From NCBI GenBank assembly GCA_903847915.1, contig CAINEW010000022.1, positions 1,268-65,267 of the forward strand: 64,000 bases of DNA, written 5' to 3'. Positions 61,849 through 64,000 of the stretch are shown here, piece after piece (the first letter of the stretch is position 1; each line of letters opens with the position of its first letter). Under the pieces are notes generated by a model that was given only the letters and a program-made list of their open reading frames with translations, was not told where the DNA came from and ran no database searches. The DNA is from an uncultured bacterium. Lineage in GTDB: Bacteria; Patescibacteriota; Minisyncoccia; UBA6257; GWB1-50-10. Both the position numbers and the translations under genes were made by a program.

Positions 61849-62433
61849 CTATTTTTTTGTTTTAATAATCTCGTCAATGAGACCATATTTTTTTGCTTCA
61901 TCTGCAGAAAGGTAAAAATCGCGATCGGTGTCTTTTTCAATCTGTGCTGATTTTTGACCAGTGTGTTTCACAAGAATCTGATTCAATTTGTCCTTAATTT
62001 TCAAGATCTGTCGCGCAGTAATTTCTATCTCGGTTGCTTGACCTTCAGCGCCTCCCATCACTTGGTGCAGGAGAATTTCGGCATTCGGAAGCGCAAACCG
62101 CTTTCCTTTGGCACCTGCAGTTAAAAGCACCGCACCCATAGAGGCCGCCATACCGACACAAATGGTGGAAACAGGGGATTTGACGTGTTGCATCGTATCA
62201 TAAATCGCAAGCCCCGCCGTCACCGATCCTCCTGGGGTGTTCAAATAAAGTTTAATATCTTTTTTATTGTCCTCATGATCTAAAAACAATAACTGTGCAA
62301 TCACGCTGTTTGCGACATCGTCCATAATCGGCCCGCCCAAAAAAATAATACGTTCTTTTAAAAGTCGCGAATAAATATCATACGCCCGCTCGCCGTACGA
62401 GGATTTTTCAATAACGGTAGGGATTAAATTCAT
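61849..62433 (-). CDS. clpP: ATP-dependent Clp protease proteolytic subunit
   Basis: [35 protein letters not shown]. Confidence 0.98.
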   Translation of the reverse strand: MNLIPTVIEKSSYGERAYDIYSRLLKERIIFLGGPIMDDVANSVIAQLLFLDHEDNKKDIKLYLNTPGGSVTAGLAIYDTMQHVKSPVSTICVGMAASMGAVLLTAGAKGKRFALPNAEILLHQVMGGAEGQATEIEITARQILKIKDKLNQILVKHTGQKSAQIEKDTDRDFYLSADEAKKYGLIDEIIKTKK

Positions 62434-62440
62434 ATTATAA

Positions 62441-62892
62441 AATCGCTAATATACACTAATATACCACGAATAGCACCAATATTAAAGCAAAACCCGCTTA
62501 GATTCAAGTCTCATATGCTGAAAATTTACAATAATCGCGAGTTTTAATTGAGTGGCTTCAAGATAGCGAAGTACTTGCTTTACATCACTTGCGCCAATTC
62601 GCCACACTTTCTTCACCTCAAGAATTATCTTGTCGTCAATAATAAAATCAGCAAAGAATCTTCCAAGGGGCATGTGTTCAAATTGTACAGGAATATACAC
62701 CTCGCGTTTAAATGGAATACTCGTTTCTTGTAATTTTATTTCAATCGCGCGCTGATAGTGTTTCTCTTGATATTTTGTACCAAGTTTATTATGGATTTCA
62801 AAAAGAATGCCGGTAAGTGTATAGCTTAATTCAGGATAAACTAATTGAGCAATATTTGTGTTATTAGTGCTCTTATTCGCGTCCATTAGAGA
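62441..62892 (-). mobile_element. putative GxxExxY element (gene plus inverted motif-array ends)
   Basis: Left array 62853..62892 and right array 62441..62481, squeezed between two co-oriented genes. Confidence 0.6.
62482..62886 (-). CDS. GxxExxY protein (PD-(D/E)XK nuclease superfamily)
   Basis: IHNKLGTKYQEKHYQRA, FADFIIDDKIILEVK, QVLRYL...L...IVNF. Confidence 0.93.
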   Translation of the reverse strand: MDANKSTNNTNIAQLVYPELSYTLTGILFEIHNKLGTKYQEKHYQRAIEIKLQETSIPFKREVYIPVQFEHMPLGRFFADFIIDDKIILEVKKVWRIGASDVKQVLRYLEATQLKLAIIVNFQHMRLESKRVLL

Positions 62893-63378
62893 TTAGGATC
62901 TAACGAGCTCGATAGATACTACGTCAAACTTCTTCATATCTCTAATGTTCTGTTTACTTCGTACGGTAATTTGCATACCTGCCTTGAGTGAGCTTGCAGG
63001 AAGAATGGTAATCGTCGGATTGCCTTGCGCGTCTATTTTAATGTAGTCGGTCAAGGTGATGGAGGTGTTGTTAAGGAGCGAGGCGAAGCGGATTTCTTTT
63101 GCGCGCGCGGTACCGTCCGTGTGGGGAAGATAATCATCTACACGCTCAATTTCTAAATCAATCGTCGCGCCATAGAGTGCTTTAATGGTGCCAGTCAATA
63201 CATGCAATTCATCCGGCGGTTTAGGAAAAGCGAGGTTTACGAGCGGATCAAGATTTTTCTTTGTCTCATCCACCCCCGTTTTATTCCCTTTTGAGTGACC
63301 TAAAGAATACGCGACGGCGCCCACAAGGGCAAGAAGCGCGATGCTTACCAACCCCCGAATAATCTTTTGTGTATCCAT
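62893..63378 (-). CDS. hypothetical membrane-anchored protein (OB-like)
   Basis: N-terminal TM; GTI...T.I......SSLKAGMQITV pattern. Confidence 0.7.
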   Translation of the reverse strand: MDTQKIIRGLVSIALLALVGAVAYSLGHSKGNKTGVDETKKNLDPLVNLAFPKPPDELHVLTGTIKALYGATIDLEIERVDDYLPHTDGTARAKEIRFASLLNNTSITLTDYIKIDAQGNPTITILPASSLKAGMQITVRSKQNIRDMKKFDVVSIELVRS

Positions 63379-63444
63379 ATAGCCCTATTATATCACAAAA
63401 GACTGTGGATGGTGTTTAAAAAGCGCGTTTGGTATAATAAAAAC

Positions 63445-63783
63445 ATGAGAGCAAAAGGAGAGAAAACAACATTAGATGGATTAGCTAAAATGATAGATAA
63501 GTTGGCAATATCAGTGCAGGAAGGATTTCAAGATAATGAAAAAAGATTTGACAAAATAGACGCAAGATTTCTTCAAATAGACGAAAAATTCATTGAAATA
63601 GATAATCGTCTCAATAAAATAGACGACGATATTAATTATGTAAATAACAATACGGAATACATGAGAGAAGAATTGCAAGAAATAAAAAAGAAATTAGGGA
63701 ATGTGGTATATCGTCACGAATACGAATTGTTAGAGAGTCGCGTAGGTGCATTGGAAAAGAAAATAAAACTCGCACGATCATAA
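63445..63783 (+). CDS. coiled-coil hypothetical protein
   Basis: Heptad RFDKIDARF..IDEKF..IDNRL; TATAAT 6 nt before the ATG. Confidence 0.75.
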   Translation: MRAKGEKTTLDGLAKMIDKLAISVQEGFQDNEKRFDKIDARFLQIDEKFIEIDNRLNKIDDDINYVNNNTEYMREELQEIKKKLGNVVYRHEYELLESRVGALEKKIKLARS

Positions 63784-63801
63784 TATGGTATACTAAAATC
63801 A

Positions 63802-64000
63802 ATGAAGAAAAACTTTTTGAAAAATCCGTTTTTTTATATCGCGCTCGTAAGTGTCATCGGAATTGGAATCATCGGTATTCTACCCGCAAGTGCAGGATGG
63901 ACAGCACCGACACAACCATTTCCGAACGGCAACACCGAAGCCCCGCTTGATACAAGTAATATTACCCAAAAAAAATTAGGAAGAATTATTTTTGATAAGG
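63802..64000 (+). CDS. secreted protein, 5' part (truncated by window edge)
   Basis: Signal peptide, then WTAPTQPFPNGNTEAPLDTS...QKK.G, an N-terminal motif typical of CPR surface proteins. Confidence 0.7.
   Translation, partial: MKKNFLKNPFFYIALVSVIGIGIIGILPASAGWTAPTQPFPNGNTEAPLDTSNITQKKLGRIIFDK

Overview
Chromosomal segment of a small-genome bacterium, most consistent with Patescibacteria/CPR (Parcubacteria-like). The evidence is tandem TrbC/VirB2-like pilins, shortened RpsA, IF-2, ValS and MetG, mostly leaderless housekeeping genes and genetic code 11. The backbone carries gyrA, rpsA, ftsH, glmS, recA, ftsK, nusA, hppA, valS, tsaD, recO, glyQS, metG, tatD, leuS, an htrA-like protease, rbfA, infB, tyrS, clpP and 13 intact tRNA genes, including Ile(TAT) and Arg(GCG). 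AT-rich orphan genes are interspersed. The most unusual signal is a set of tiny repeat elements. (1) A structured trailer follows four tRNA genes, with ends that match each host tRNA's T-arm. (2) Palindrome-disrupted stubs of tsaD, tatD and several tRNAs lie next to intact copies. (3) 30-bp palindromes are inserted in-frame in leuS, tsaD and hppA. (4) A GxxExxY nuclease gene has motif-array ends that reappear, without the gene and in-frame, inside leuS. (5) A shared 12-mer leader (TTCACAATTTAA) precedes four unrelated orphan genes. No CRISPR array, rRNA, integrase or transposase was seen. All alignments were done by eye and no database search was run.
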